Shown in pieces: positions 1 through 13,500 of a stretch of 64,000 bases of DNA; positions within the stretch are counted from its first letter, which is position 1; every line of letters begins with the position of its first letter. The DNA lies in assembly GCA_051294375.1 (NCBI GenBank), contig CM119263.1, positions 12,067,130 through 12,131,129 on the forward strand, read 5' to 3'. The translations under genes and the position numbers were made by a program. The notes under the pieces are model-generated. The model was not told the DNA's origin. It did no database searches and was given only the letters and a program-made list of their open reading frames with translations. The DNA comes from Paraspadella gotoi (lineage: Eukaryota; Animalia; Chaetognatha).

Positions 1-1140
1 TAGTAAGTTAAAAATTTAGATATGGCTTTTCATCTTGAAATAGCTTTGATGTATTCTTATTACATTTGGATTTAAGTATTTTTTGTTTGAATTTCCACTT
101 CATTATGATTTACTGCAATATGCAAATGAGATTATACTACTCATTATAATATCCAAATTAGTATATAGAAATGCTTTAATCTAATTTACATATTGCAGTA
201 TATAATATTGAAGATGAAATTCAAAAAAATTTTATAAATCTATAATAAAAATGGGAAATCAAAGGAACTTTTTAATAAGAAGCTATATCTCAATTTTAAT
301 AAAAATAAAATCTTTTACAAGCTATGATTAGAAAAAATTGTAACAATTTCAAATTGTAAACAATTATAACATTTTTTTTCCTTTCTTTTATTTCTTTAAA
401 TTATATATGTATTTTTCTTCCTATTTTTGTCAGTTGCTGCCTTTTTTCTTTTTTTTTGCCTTTTCTGAACCCTTTAAAAACGAATTCAGGCTCTGCAGTG
501 ATTGTACAACTGCCTTCCAGCGGCTGTCCAGCTTTCTCTTTTTCTCTCTCTGTCTCTGTCTGTCTCTTTCTTTCTCTTTCTGTCTCTCTCTGTCTCTCTG
601 GCTCTCTCTGTACGATCTCTTGCGTGATCGTTTTTTGAAAAATTTTGATTATTTTTTTCCATTTAAAAACTTTTATTATCGCCATTTATTCTGCGCTTTT
701 TTCTCAATGCAAAATCCCAAATTTACATCCGAGATTTTCGTGGATTTATTCACTTTTTCTCTCTCTCTTTCTATCGTGGATTCATTCACTTTCTTTCTCT
801 CTTTCTCTCTCTCTTTCACTCATACACGCATTTGTTTGTTTTATTTATGATGAATGATCCATTGCGTCAATGAATGACTATCATCGCATCAATGAATGAC
901 TATCATCGTATCAATGAATGATTATAATCACATCAATGAATGACTATCATCGCATCAATCATTTGGTTATTATCACATCAATCATTTGGTTATCATCACA
1001 TCGATCATTTGGTTATCATCGCATCAATTATTGGTTATCATCGCATCAATATTTGATTATCATCGCATCAATCCTTTGGTTATCATCGCATCAATATTTG
1101 GTTATCACTGAAGGTAGGCGAGATCCTATTCTTTTAAGAT
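1..1140 (+). mobile_element. HINE family 3 copy (5' end outside window)
   Basis: Collinear with rc of ~15013-16118; CT microsatellite and ~22-bp ATCATCGCATCAAT tandem array at ~850-1105. Confidence 0.82.
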
Positions 1141-1609
1141 TTTTTCAATTGTAAATCTTAAGTTTTCTTTATATAATTCGTTCAATTAGAAAAAATGCTG
1201 TCCTGAGCATATTCTTGACTTTTTTGAATTATTATTTTATATCGTAAGGATTCCCAGATAATTCCCAATTTAATGATGTAAATGAATTTTAATAATTTTA
1301 AGTATTCAATGAGTAATTAATTTATAATGATTTTCTTTTTTAAAAAGATTCAGTTTTTTACTGAAGATGAAATTTGATGACCATTAAAGAAAAGTTGTTT
1401 TACATAAGTAAATATCAAATTAATCTTATGAAATTAAAATATAATAAACGTCCAGGACTTTGCTACAGAATAAGAAAAAAAATTTAAAAAATATTTTTCC
1501 AATGAGAAATGGTACGCATCTTTTTGGTGTCACTCGCGAACGGACTCGGGGTAGTTATTTGTTTTTATTTCGAATAAAGTTAGTTATTTTTTTTTTTTTT
1601 AATTTGGCA

Positions 1610-1895
1610 ATGCTAAAGGCCTTGCACCTCTTTTTGGTTCAAAAAAGTGCTATTATATCTTTTAGAAAAGAGGGAAAGACATGCAACATCAACATCGGGT
1701 CTGAAAAGAATTGCGTTTATGTGGAAAAACAAAAACACATCATACCTTAATTTGATGTATGAGAGCATGCCCAGACGAATGCAGGCAGTAATTGATGCCA
1801 AGGAATGGCATACCAAATATTGAGAATGTTTTACCCATGTTTTGTATACATTTTATTGAATGAATGAATTAAGTTATATACTTTTTCCTAAATAG
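1610..1895 (+). mobile_element. Tc1 derivative with transposase C-terminal remnant
   Basis: ~1743-1823 reads YLNLMYESMPRRMQAVIDAKEWHTKY* (Tc1 SMPRRxxAVIxAKGxxTKY motif); another copy at 11031-~11565. Confidence 0.82.
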
Positions 1896-2193
1896 TAGTA
1901 GTTGGAATGACATGTCACGTATGAACCTTAGATCGATTTAATTAACTGAAAAGACCCATTCGGGAAACTACTTGGAACCATCAATGGAGACCTTCGTACA
2001 TGCCTTAAAGCGCGTTTTTAAAAAAATTAATTTAAAAATAAATTCATTTACAACTGTATTTAAGGCAAGGAAGTAAAATTAGGTATTCATCCTGATATAT
2101 TTTTCAAGACCTTTCAGATGAACCTATTTTTATCATTGTAAAATGATTCATTCACGAGATAATTCAATTTCAAGTAATATTTTCATATTTTTT

Positions 2194-3415
2194 CACGGTA
2201 GGGCAGAGAGGATGTGAAAGAAACAAAAAAAGTGCCATCTCTGAAACCTATAAAATCTTAAAGTATACCCATGAGACACTTAATGTGGTAGGTCAGTTAA
2301 ATTCGATAAAGGCAGGTTTTTTTTAAATGCTCATTAAAGTTTTTGAAAATTTTTTATAAAATTTTTTAAATAGTAAAAATGCTTACAATTTTAATGTCTA
2401 TACATCTATCATTATCTACAGAGCATAAGCTTTAATTTGAGACCTCTCCCAACTTTTTATGATTTTTTGTTAATGAATTATAAGTAAAAATCATAATTTA
2501 AAAAAAAAATTAATAATCAATCAGTTCTTTCAAAGGATTATTTCTTAAAAATAAAAGTACATATAGGTTCTCAAAATGCAGTTCTACTTATTAAGCCCTA
2601 AAAACATTTTTTTAAAAAAATTTATATAAATTTATTATAAAAAATAAATAATACAGATAATTAACTTTATTTTTTAAGAAAAATATGTGATATTTAATTA
2701 AAACTTAATCTCAAATAAAATAACAGATAAATATTAGTTGAGCACTTTAATTCAAATCATATCCAGCTTTAAAAAGTAATTATATAATTTATTACTTATC
2801 AAAAAAAAATTTTATTCATAAAATTATATTATAATAATAACTCACTCAATATTTGATATATATTATTAATAGACAAATGTGTAAAAATATTAACAAACAT
2901 AATGCTTTAACTTTTAATACATATATTAATATTTTTTAAAATATTTTTTTCATTTTTAAAATTTTTATATTAAAATTATTATTAATTAAAAAAAACTTAT
3001 TTTGAAGCCTAATAAGTAGAACTGTATTTTAAGAACATATTTATATTTTTATTTTTAAGAAATAATCTGTTCAATGGTACTAATTGATTAATCTTTTTTA
3101 AAAAATATTTAATTTAATATTTAATTTCAATAGCGAAAAGTAATAAAAAGTTGGGAGTGGTTTCAAATTAAAGCTTATGCTTTGTAGATAATGATAGACA
3201 TATAGATATTTAAATTGTAAGCATATTCACTAAACTACTTAAAAATTTTTATAAAAAAATTTAAAAAACTTTAATGAGCATTTAAAAAAAAACCTGCCTT
3301 TATCGAATTTTACTGACCTACCACATTAAGTGTCTCATGGGTATACTTTAAGAATTTATAGGTTTCAGAGATGGCACTTTTTTTGTTTCTTTCACATCCT
3401 CTCTGCCCTACCGTG
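2194..3415. mobile_element. Foldback/MITE with long TIRs and CAC..GTG termini (CMC/Chapaev-like)
   Basis: CACGGTAGGGCAGAGAGG..CCTCTCTGCCCTACCGTG; near-perfect inverted repeat for >100 bp and recognisable for ~400 bp; interrupts a repeat seen uninterrupted at ~17317-17745. Confidence 0.88.
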
Positions 3416-4351
3416 TTTTATTATTTATTTCTATATAATCATTTATTTTTATAATTATACAAAATTAATCAATATAATTTATTAGCATTAAGTCATTTCT
3501 ACTCCTGCTTATAAAAAGTCAAATTAAATGGTTTAAGGTGTTTTTGTAATTAAACTAAATAAGGACAAATGAGAAAAATAATTAAATTTATTTAAACATC
3601 TTTACTATTATTAGTTATTATTGATTTAACTAACCTTTAAAATTTAATTTTTTATCAAATATCATTCATAGCACTTTTATAAATTTGTAATGTTCTGCCA
3701 AAAAAAGGGTAAGCCTGATCCAACGGTCTAATGTTTTTACCTTGCCAAAATTCTTTCGATTAGTTGTGTTGTGACTTGTAAGATTAGCAAAGAGTATTTT
3801 TTTTATTTCGACAATGATTTTATTTTTATATACGTGTTTCGGCTTTAATGAAAGCTTTCATGAGCGCTTTGACAATTTCACATTTTTTGATTTCCAAAAA
3901 GAGAGAGATGGAAGAAAGTAGCCAACAAAGATGTGAGACAGGACAGTGGTGAAATGTGAGGACAGGTTAAGTTGGGAGAGAGAGAAAGGTGAAGGTGAAG
4001 GAAAAGAAATTAAATTTGTGAGTGAGAGAAAGAGAGAGAGAGAGAGAGAGAGACAAAGAAGCAGAGGTTAGCATTTAATGAGACAATACATTAGTTAATG
4101 TACAACAATAGTAGAAAAAATATCTATTTACATATTAACTAAATCCATTTACACTGTGACTGTCTAGGAGTGGAGAATCGAGATGATTAAATTAAAAACT
4201 ATTCCATGAGTCTCGATATTTGGCCACTTCGGCGCCACATTAGCTTTTGATAGATAAATTATCATAATTGAAACTAATTACCGTTGATTAGAATTTGTTT
4301 TATTGTTTTCAATAAATGTGGATTAAAACCACTGAAAAGAATTTATTTTAG

Positions 4352-4507
4352 GTAGGACTATATTGCTATCCACTCATTTTATGGATGAAGCAGAAGCTCT
4401 TGGTGATAGAATCGCTATTATGTCTGATGGAATCATAATATGTTGTGGAAGCTCTATATTTTTAAAAAAACGTTTTGGATTAGGCTACCAGCTTCTTGTA
4501 GTAAAAG
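4352..4507 (+). CDS. ABCA exon: NBD1 H-loop region
   Basis: ttttag|GT AGG..GTA AAA G|gttatt; [52 protein letters not shown]. Confidence 0.95.
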
Positions 4508-7500
4508 GTTATTACAGTCATGTGAAAAAAAAACATGCTACTTTATATCAGCTTTTAAAATCACTCTGTACTTTGATTTTTCAATAATTTTAAAAGTAAT
4601 TTTAAGTTTATTAAAAGACAAAGAGTATAGTATAAACTTTTTGAATATTAAAATATCAGCTTGGGAGCAGTGATTTTTTAAAATGAAGTACCCTTCAAAA
4701 AACTTATTATAGAAAAAAATTGTAGAAGATTAATTTTCTTTTTCTGATATTTTATATTTTTTGTAGTATATAAAAAATGAAAAACCAAGTTTGAGCATAC
4801 AATGTCGGATCTGCCTACGATAATTTAGTGGTAAGGAGCTAATCAGATGGGATGTCAGATGAATGTAAGAAGAAAATTTATCAATCAATCAATCAATAAA
4901 TAAAAGAGAAACCGAGAAAGATAAACTTTTAAAAATTTAAACTCTTTTCCACTCTTACAATTCCATCAAATCCAGCTTGATTCCATACCTCACACAAAAT
5001 TTCATTTAAATTTATCTTGAATAAATATATTTAATATGAATAAATATAAGTAAAAAAAATTTAAGTAAATACGACTTTTGTTTTTGTCATTTAAACTCAT
5101 TTTCATTCGCACGATTCCATTGAAACTTAATATCCAGCTCAATCGCAGACTTTCATAGCCACACACAAAATTTCATTTAAATCCATCTATCCAATAACGA
5201 GTAATTGGAGCTTAAAGCTAAGAGAGGACACAGATGGACGGACGGACAGACAGATGAACCGACGGACATAATTTTTTCTCCTAAAGCATAATTTATCATA
5301 AATCGAGGTTCTGATATGATAATAACGATTTACCGACAATATTTATTGGTGGGACTGACGAACCGACAAAATGAATTATGGAGTCGGAATCTGCTGATAA
5401 GCAGATCTGACTAAAAATTGTACTGGACGTCCAGAAAAATAGTTGGACAACTGGATTTACCCAAATCCATCAATAATAACTTCAAAGTTATTGAAAAATA
5501 TAATGAATAATTGATAAAAAAATAAATAAATAAATAAATTATTGATAAATCAATGATTCCGAATCTTTTAAATAAAATTAAATGTTCACTTCTTGTTTTG
5601 TAACAATCAAGTTTAAAAAATCACATCTTCTAAACCACTTGCCTGATTGTGATAAAATACAATTAAAAAACCATATAAAAAACTATTCATGTGGAGCATC
5701 TGGAATTTCAAGTTATAAAGTAGCTCGTTTTTTTTGGAAATGAGTGTTTTCTACTGAATATTTTTTATGTATGCTTAATAATATTAATTCATATAATCCT
5801 TTCTGAAGGTCCTAAATGTGATACCGAACAACTGCAAAAAACAGTTGTTTCTTACATATCTAACGTGAGCGAACATTCCTGGTGAAATTTCCTTTGTTTT
5901 TCCCTCAACAAACAAAGCCAGCTTTCCAGGCAATTTTACATATTTTTCTATTATTTTATTTTTAGTCGGATCTGCTTATCGCAGATTCCGACTCTATAAT
6001 TCTCTTTGTCGGTCCTTCTGAGCACCCCTACAATCTTGTGGGTCATTCACTTATATCATGTCAGAACATCAAATCATGATAAATTATGCAAAAAAAAAAT
6101 GTCCGTCTGTCTGTCCGTCTAACTGTCCATCCGTCCCCCTTAGCATTATACTCCAATTAATCATAATTGGATGGATCGATTAAAACAAAATTTTGGGTAT
6201 GAAAGTGTGTTAGATGAGTTAACGGGGGACGGACGGACGGACAGATTGATGGACGGACATCAATTTTTTTGCATAATTTAACATAATTCGATGTTCTTAG
6301 ATGATATAAGTGACCGACAAAGTGAATTATAGAGCCGGAATCTGTAGTAAGCAGATCTGGTTAAGAAATGAATGAATGAAAGATAAAAAAATTGAAGTAG
6401 GAAGAAAACAAGTTTGAGCAAACAATGTCAAATCTGCCTACGATAATTAAGCGGTAATTAGCTAATCAGACGATAAATCACAATATTTTTTAAAAAAATT
6501 TTTAAGTCGCATTATTTTTTCCACTCGCATAATTTTTTCAACTCACATCATTTTTTCAATTTGCATCATTTTTACAATTCACATCATTTTTTCAACTTGT
6601 ATAATTTTTTTAACTTGCATTTTTTTTTAACCTGTATCATTTTTTTTAACTTGCATCATTTTTTTAAACTTGCATCATTTTTAAAACTTGCATAATTTTT
6701 TAAACTTGCATAATTTTTTAAACTTGCATAATTTTATTAAATTTCATCTCAATTTATTAATTCAATTATGATTAATTAGAGTAATTATTGGTTAAAATAA
6801 GTAAAAAGATTTTAGTAAATGCGACTTATGTTTTTTCCATTTAAACACATTTCCACTCGCACGATTCTATCGAAACTTTATATCCAGCTTCATCACACAC
6901 TTTCCTACCCTCACAAAATTTCATTACAATCCAACCACTCAATCACGAGTTATTGGAGCTTTTTGCTAAGGTGGGATGGACGGATGGATGGACAGACAGA
7001 CGGACGAACATCATTTTTTTGCATAATTTATCATAATTCAATGTTCTGACATGATGTAAGTGATTGCCCGACAATATTGAGGGGGCGGAATGACGGACCG
7101 ACAAAGTGAATTATAAAGTCGGGATCTGCTGAAAGCAGATCCGACTAAAAATTTTAAAAATGAATATGAAATTGGTACAACCTATATAAAAATTATCCAT
7201 TCATTTAATAAAGAAGCTATCTTGCCCCTGATTTTAGACAGTAGCGCGGAGCATAAATACAAGATATGATATATGACATCTTGTGCCCCCTTAATTTTTT
7301 TTAAAAAAAAGAAAATTCGCTCGCTCAATTTTTTTCATTTTATCGATTTTAAAAAGCAATTAGATGCAAAAAAAATTTAAAAAAAAGCAAAATACGATAT
7401 GAAATATAGCTAAAACAAAGAAATTAAACCCGTTTTCATCCATAAAAATATAAAAAAATATGTTTATATAAATATTAAATTATTCTAAAAGATAAGTATT

Positions 7501-10500
7501 TTCATAAAAAATAAGCACAATGGAAAATAAGTACCGAGCTACATAACGCAGTCTAAATTATATTTAAAGCTTATAAAATCTTTTAGTAGCTACATTATAC
7601 TTTATACAGCTTTATACAGCTTTACCAAAAAAATATTAGTTTACTTATCCTAGGCCTTACCCATTACCACTTTCCCTTCCTTCCTTAGATCGCTCTGTCT
7701 GATCTGTCTTTTTTTGTTATCAAAATGAAAACAAAAATCTTGTTAAATATTGGTAAAATCTTTTTAAATAAGAAATATTCTATTAAAAATTAGTATAATT
7801 TTACTATAAATTTTAGATCAGAGGTATTTTATGACCATTTTCCTTGTTATTATCCTTTGGTTTTGTTCCGGTATTTGATATTAGAAGACGTTTGAAAGTT
7901 TATACAACGATTTTTATTTTAATTTGAAACATACATGTTTTGGCTCTTGTACGAGCCTTAATCAGCGTTAATAGTTTTTGTGAATATTTTTGAAAAATTG
8001 TGCAAAGGAAGAAGAGAGATAGAGAAAGAGGGCAAAGTTTCCAACACAGAGTAGAGAAAAGGATAGTTGTCAGTTGTGAGGACAGGTTAAGGTTAGGACA
8101 GATAGTTGGTGAAAAGAAATTGAAATGGTGAGAGAGAGAGAGACAGAGAGATATTATGACATTGAGCAATGTACAACAAAATTTATCTTACATTAGTCTG
8201 GCAAGCTTCCTATGGGACAGGTTGGAATATCTTTACAAAACCTTGGGAATATTACCTTGGTACCAAAATAAGAGATTTGAGATAGAACGATTTTTTGTCT
8301 ACAAAGCCAAAAGGTTCGTAATAAAAATCGGGTTACTCCAATATGCAAATGAGATTAACGTTTCACAGTAAAATTTTTATTTAATAAAAAATTATTAATT
8401 TAATATAAAAATTTAAATAAATGTTATAAAATCAAATTAAAAAGCTAGTATGTATAGTTTGATAAGCAGATAGGATAAAAAAAATATTAAGCAATAAAAA
8501 TCACATGAAAATACTATTGCAATGAAGGTTTCTTATAACTTAATTCTTAAAGATAGTAAGACAGTGAAGCAATGACAAAAAGCCATTGAGAGAGATACAG
8601 TTCAATGAGTTTTTTGTTTTGCTCACAACCATTTTGGTACTGTTTACTTGAATAATATCAAAATACTTTAATCACAGAGTAAAAACTACGTAAACCGCCT
8701 CGTAGACTCGCCGTTCAACACAAAAAATTTAAATTGCTCTTCGCGAAAGTCTTTGTTTTTATTCCTTTAAAAAATGGAAACTAAAACCAAAACCTCTACA
8801 TTTTTGCAAAAATGCCAACGATTGCCTACAATTAATAATTATTCCATCAGTTGTAATACTATGCCATGCAAAGATAATCTTTGAAGAAATTTGTGACTTA
8901 GTGAGCGATGTGAAAGAATCATGATTGATAAAAACCAAAAGCTTGAAAAGCAAATTAAAAAAATTTCTGTCTTAGATGAAATTACTTTAAAAAAGGTTGT
9001 CAACGAATCTATTCTAGTTCTTCTTAAAAAGAAGGATACAGAGCTCCGTTCAACCGAAGAACAGCTGGAGAAGGAGCGAGCCCGTTGCTCTTCGCCTGCT
9101 TCTCCAGCCTCATACAACGCTGGAGATTTGGATATGACAAAAATGGAAAATCTCCACGCCGCCGAAATACGCCAAATTCATCTCCGAATTCGCCGCCAAC
9201 TTCGCCGCCGACTTCGCCGCCGATTTCGCCGCCGATATCGCTGCCGATTTCGCCGCCGACCTCGCCGCCGACTTTGAATTGATGAATGAATTATTAGTTA
9301 AAGGCAAAATTGTAGGCATTTTCGCAAAAAACGAGGTTTTTGTTTTTTATTTCATTTTTTAAAGATTCAAACAAGGAATTTTGAGAAGAGGAATTTAAAA
9401 ATATTTTTTTTTGTTTAACGGCGAGTCCACGAGGCGGTTTGCGTAGTTTTTACTGTCGAGAATGTTTATTATTTTCTATGCCTGTAAGATTCGGGCGTTC
9501 GAGGCGACGGCCGTAGGATGAACTGGCTGTAACCGGGAGCAAGGTTTTTTAAATCTCAAAGAGATATAAATGACGAATAAATCGTAAATAAGTTTATTCT
9601 TGTAGAAGTAAATAAATGGCGAAATAAGTGTCGTACAATAAATTCGTGAAGAAAATCCTTGGATTCCGTAAAAATTACGGTTCCAGACGGCCGATCTTTT
9701 CCTGTGAAACGATTATGATCGAGTGATAAGTGAAGAGGTTTTCGGCAAAAAGAAGGCTACGAGAAAGCGACAAGAACGGTGAAAAGACTGGTCTGAAAAG
9801 GTCAACTAAATGACCTGGGAAAATGACGCGAGGTCACAAAATATTTCAATGAGAGTAAAAAAAATTAGTATTATTTAATAATTTTAATTCTGGAGCCACT
9901 TGGAGGTTAATAAAAAAGCGAGGGTAAATTTTTCATTTGTCATGGGTGAGGATCAGTTTTATCAAATTCCAACTTTTAATGCTGTACATTATTATAAAGC
10001 CAATATCCATAAATTATACTTTTGGCTCAATCTGTGTCTTTCTCTCTGCTCTGTCATTATCTTGTACACTAGGGCGAAAAAAAACCCACTTTTTCATATC
10101 GAAAAGAATCGTATTGGATGTTTGAATTTTACAAAGATAGAGATACATAAAATAAAGCTTATTGAACGATAAAGTGATTGGTACAAGTCCCAATAAAATC
10201 GAGCAAAGCGTTCGAAAGTTATAGGACGACAAAGTCGATTGGTACAAAAATCGAAAAAGAAAAAATTAGTTTTTGTCAAAATGAGTCAATAACTTTTCCC
10301 TATTAAAAATGTTTATAATATGTAATAATGTAATTTTCTTGCACCAATCGATAGCTTATTAAAACAGCTATATTTTTAAAAATATTTTCTTAAAATTAAA
10401 AAGAAATAGTTGTTCTACCAATTTGATAATGAAAATATAAAAAAAATACAAATTTGTAAAAAATTGATAGCCATGTTAATATTATTAGATATTTGAGCTT

Positions 10501-13500
10501 TTTCAAATATTTTTTATTATACAGAATTCATATAAACAACTATCAAAACAAATTAAAACATAATTATTAATTGTTTTAAAAAAATAGTTATTATTAAATT
10601 GTTTATGCTCTCTTTTGCCTTATATTCAACCTTAAGATGACGCATTAATCTCATTTGCATATTCGAGTCACTCGATTTTTATTACTAACCTTTTGAGCAT
10701 AATTGACCGACCGGTTGTGTATCTAATTTCCATTAAATATGGTTCTGATCATATTTTGAAAGTTTTTTGAAAATCTGAATTTAGATTCAGGCACTACTTA
10801 CATCTGACCACTATCCTTTTCTCTACTCTGTGTTGGAAACTTTGCCCGTTAATAACCGTTAACTTTTACCACAAGCTACCACCAAAAAAATGTCACGGTT
10901 TATAAAAATCGGTCAATTTCATTGTCAAATATATTCTTTGGCCAATAAATAAGTTTTAATATGTAATATAACCTCCCTAGGACTGAATAAAAAGATTATT
11001 TCTCAACAGCATAAAATTATTTAATGCATACTATCTAGGAAAAAAGTACATCACATTTTTATAAAAAAAAATATCTGCTCGAAAATTTGTTTGATTTTAA
11101 AAAAATATATATTTCTAATCTACATTAAATTTTCTTTCAGTAGCTTCCTATTTTTTTGTAGGTTAAATCGTTTAAAAGTTATAGGCAAAAAAGATTGTTA
11201 CTTTAAGTGAAAAATAGCAAAAAAATCATATTTAATTTTTTATTATTTTTAATAATTAATTATTTATTTTTATTTTAAATAAAGTTAGTAATTTTAAAAT
11301 TTTTTTAAAATTTGGCCATATAGCTCTCAGAAAAGAGGGAAACATCAATATTGGGGCTAAAAAGAATTATGTTAAAGGTGTGGAAAAACATTTTACCAAT
11401 ATACCTTAATTCAATGTACGAGAGTATGCCCAGACAAATGTAGGGAGTAGTCGATGCCAAGGTAAGGTATACCAAATATTAAGAATATTTTACCCATGTT
11501 TTATATATTTTTATTAAATAAATGAACTTTTTAACAATATATGATATTCTTTTTTCCTAAATATATGATATTCTTTTTTCCAAAAAAGGTTGTCTCTAAT
11601 TTTTTTCACCTTTTTTTGATCAAGACGAGTATTCACATTATTGTTAATATTATATCTTTAACATGATATTTTTTATTAGATTTATTAGTACAAAAAATGG
11701 TCTGATAATACATCCAAAAATCTATAAAAAAAATAATAACTTTGCTCATAGAAAGGTTAGCCAGAGCTTTATAACTTTTATTAATACTTTAAAATATAAA
11801 AAAATATTCTGGAGCATTTATAATATCAATGTATTTTTAATTCCACTCTTTTTTGACATATGAATTAAGGTTCATCCATGAATCTATCCTAATGAAAATG
11901 ATGCAACGACGATTAACTCAAAAAGTAATAAAAAACTTAAAAATTAGTATAAATAAAAAGTGTAAATATAAAAAAGATAAAAAAATTTTAAAATTTTTTT
12001 TAAACAACTTATTTTATTTTGCATGGAACTTTTGTATTTTTTTGTTGTACATAAATAAGATAGTTCATATGAATAACAAGAGGAAAAAGTTTTTTGATAT
12101 CTAAATTTAATTTTTCTATTCTTATATTAAAATGCCAAAAAATAGCTGGAAAGTAACCACGACAATTTTTTTTCCATCATGGTATTGTTGTTTTGAATAT
12201 ATTCTTTTGTATTATTCCACAATGAAATCAATGTATCTAAAAGGACGGCATAAGACGGCATAAGTCACTGTCCTTCTCACACAATCATACTTAAAATTAC
12301 ATATTGTAACATAGGTCTTTTTCAGTATCTGGATGATAATAAAGAGAAATTAGGGATCATTAGTTATGGAGCTTCGATGGATAAATTGGAAGAAGCTTAT
12401 ATCCGAGCAATTGGGCTTAATACAGCGAAAAACCAGAAGTAATAATAAAAATAATTCTTGAAAGAAAATTTCAACCTTATGATATATTATTGTACTATTA
12501 TTTATAAACTTTAATTTTTTTTAGATTTATGTCCAAGGAGATGGAAACAGATAAAAAGGAAGGGGTGAGAATAATAATAATATTTTATAATGCAATTGCC
12601 AGTACATGTAAATCACTTTCAATGGCTTAAACCAAACTGTTACTGCGGCACTAATATTATTTTGGTATTACCAAAAATATTTCTTAAATCAAAACAATAA
12701 TATTTTTGTTTCAATATATGATATATGATCAAGACATGGAATAATATTAATAATTAGATAATAAAATAAAATATAATAAGAAAAAAATATTTATTAAAAA
12801 AAATATATATTTTTAAAAGATTTAGGATAATAATAATTTAAATTATTGTTTATGGAGCCATCTGATTTATTAAGACTAAAATGGGCAAAAATTTGCTATT
12901 TTGTATAATGAAATGCAAGTAAAGATCTAGTGGGTGCAGACAGAGGAGAAAATTTCTATAAAAAATTTTTATTCATGTCAAAATTGTGTTCCACTTTGTC
13001 GCGCCTCTCAATCACAAAACAACAATCTCGATGACAAAATTAATTAATTAATTACAAATAATTAATTATTAATTAATTACTTATTTATTAATAATTAATT
13101 AATGTAGCTTGAATTTACATTTAATATAAAAATACAGAAAGCATAATCGAATAGTGAAATAGATTATTTGTTTTTTTATTTTAACTCATTTTATCTTGGA
13201 CAATTCCATCGAAACTTTTTTTCCTGCTCAATCACACACTTTCCAACCCACATACAAAATTTGAAGTCAATCGCCCTATTCACTCATGAGTAATTGGCGT
13301 TCAAATAGTGAAATCTATTTTTTTGTTTTTTTCATTTTAACTCATTTGCACTCGGACGATTCCATCGACACTTGATTTCCAGCTCAATCACACACATCCC
13401 TACCCACACATAATTTTTTTTGCATAATTTATCATAATTCGATGTTCTGACATGATATAAGTGAATGCCCGACAAGATTGGGGGCGGACTGACGGACCAT

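Noticed and set aside
850-1105. Possible CRISPR array
   Set aside because: Adjacent tandem units without unique spacers, eukaryotic context, no cas genes.
401-1154. ORFs of 60-147 aa, and their mirror at 14989-15754
   Set aside because: Products of CT/GA microsatellite and ~22-bp tandem repeats inside a HINE.
9085-9319. SPPT / SAAK / poly-Arg repeat ORFs
   Set aside because: All derive from one 12-bp tandem repeat.
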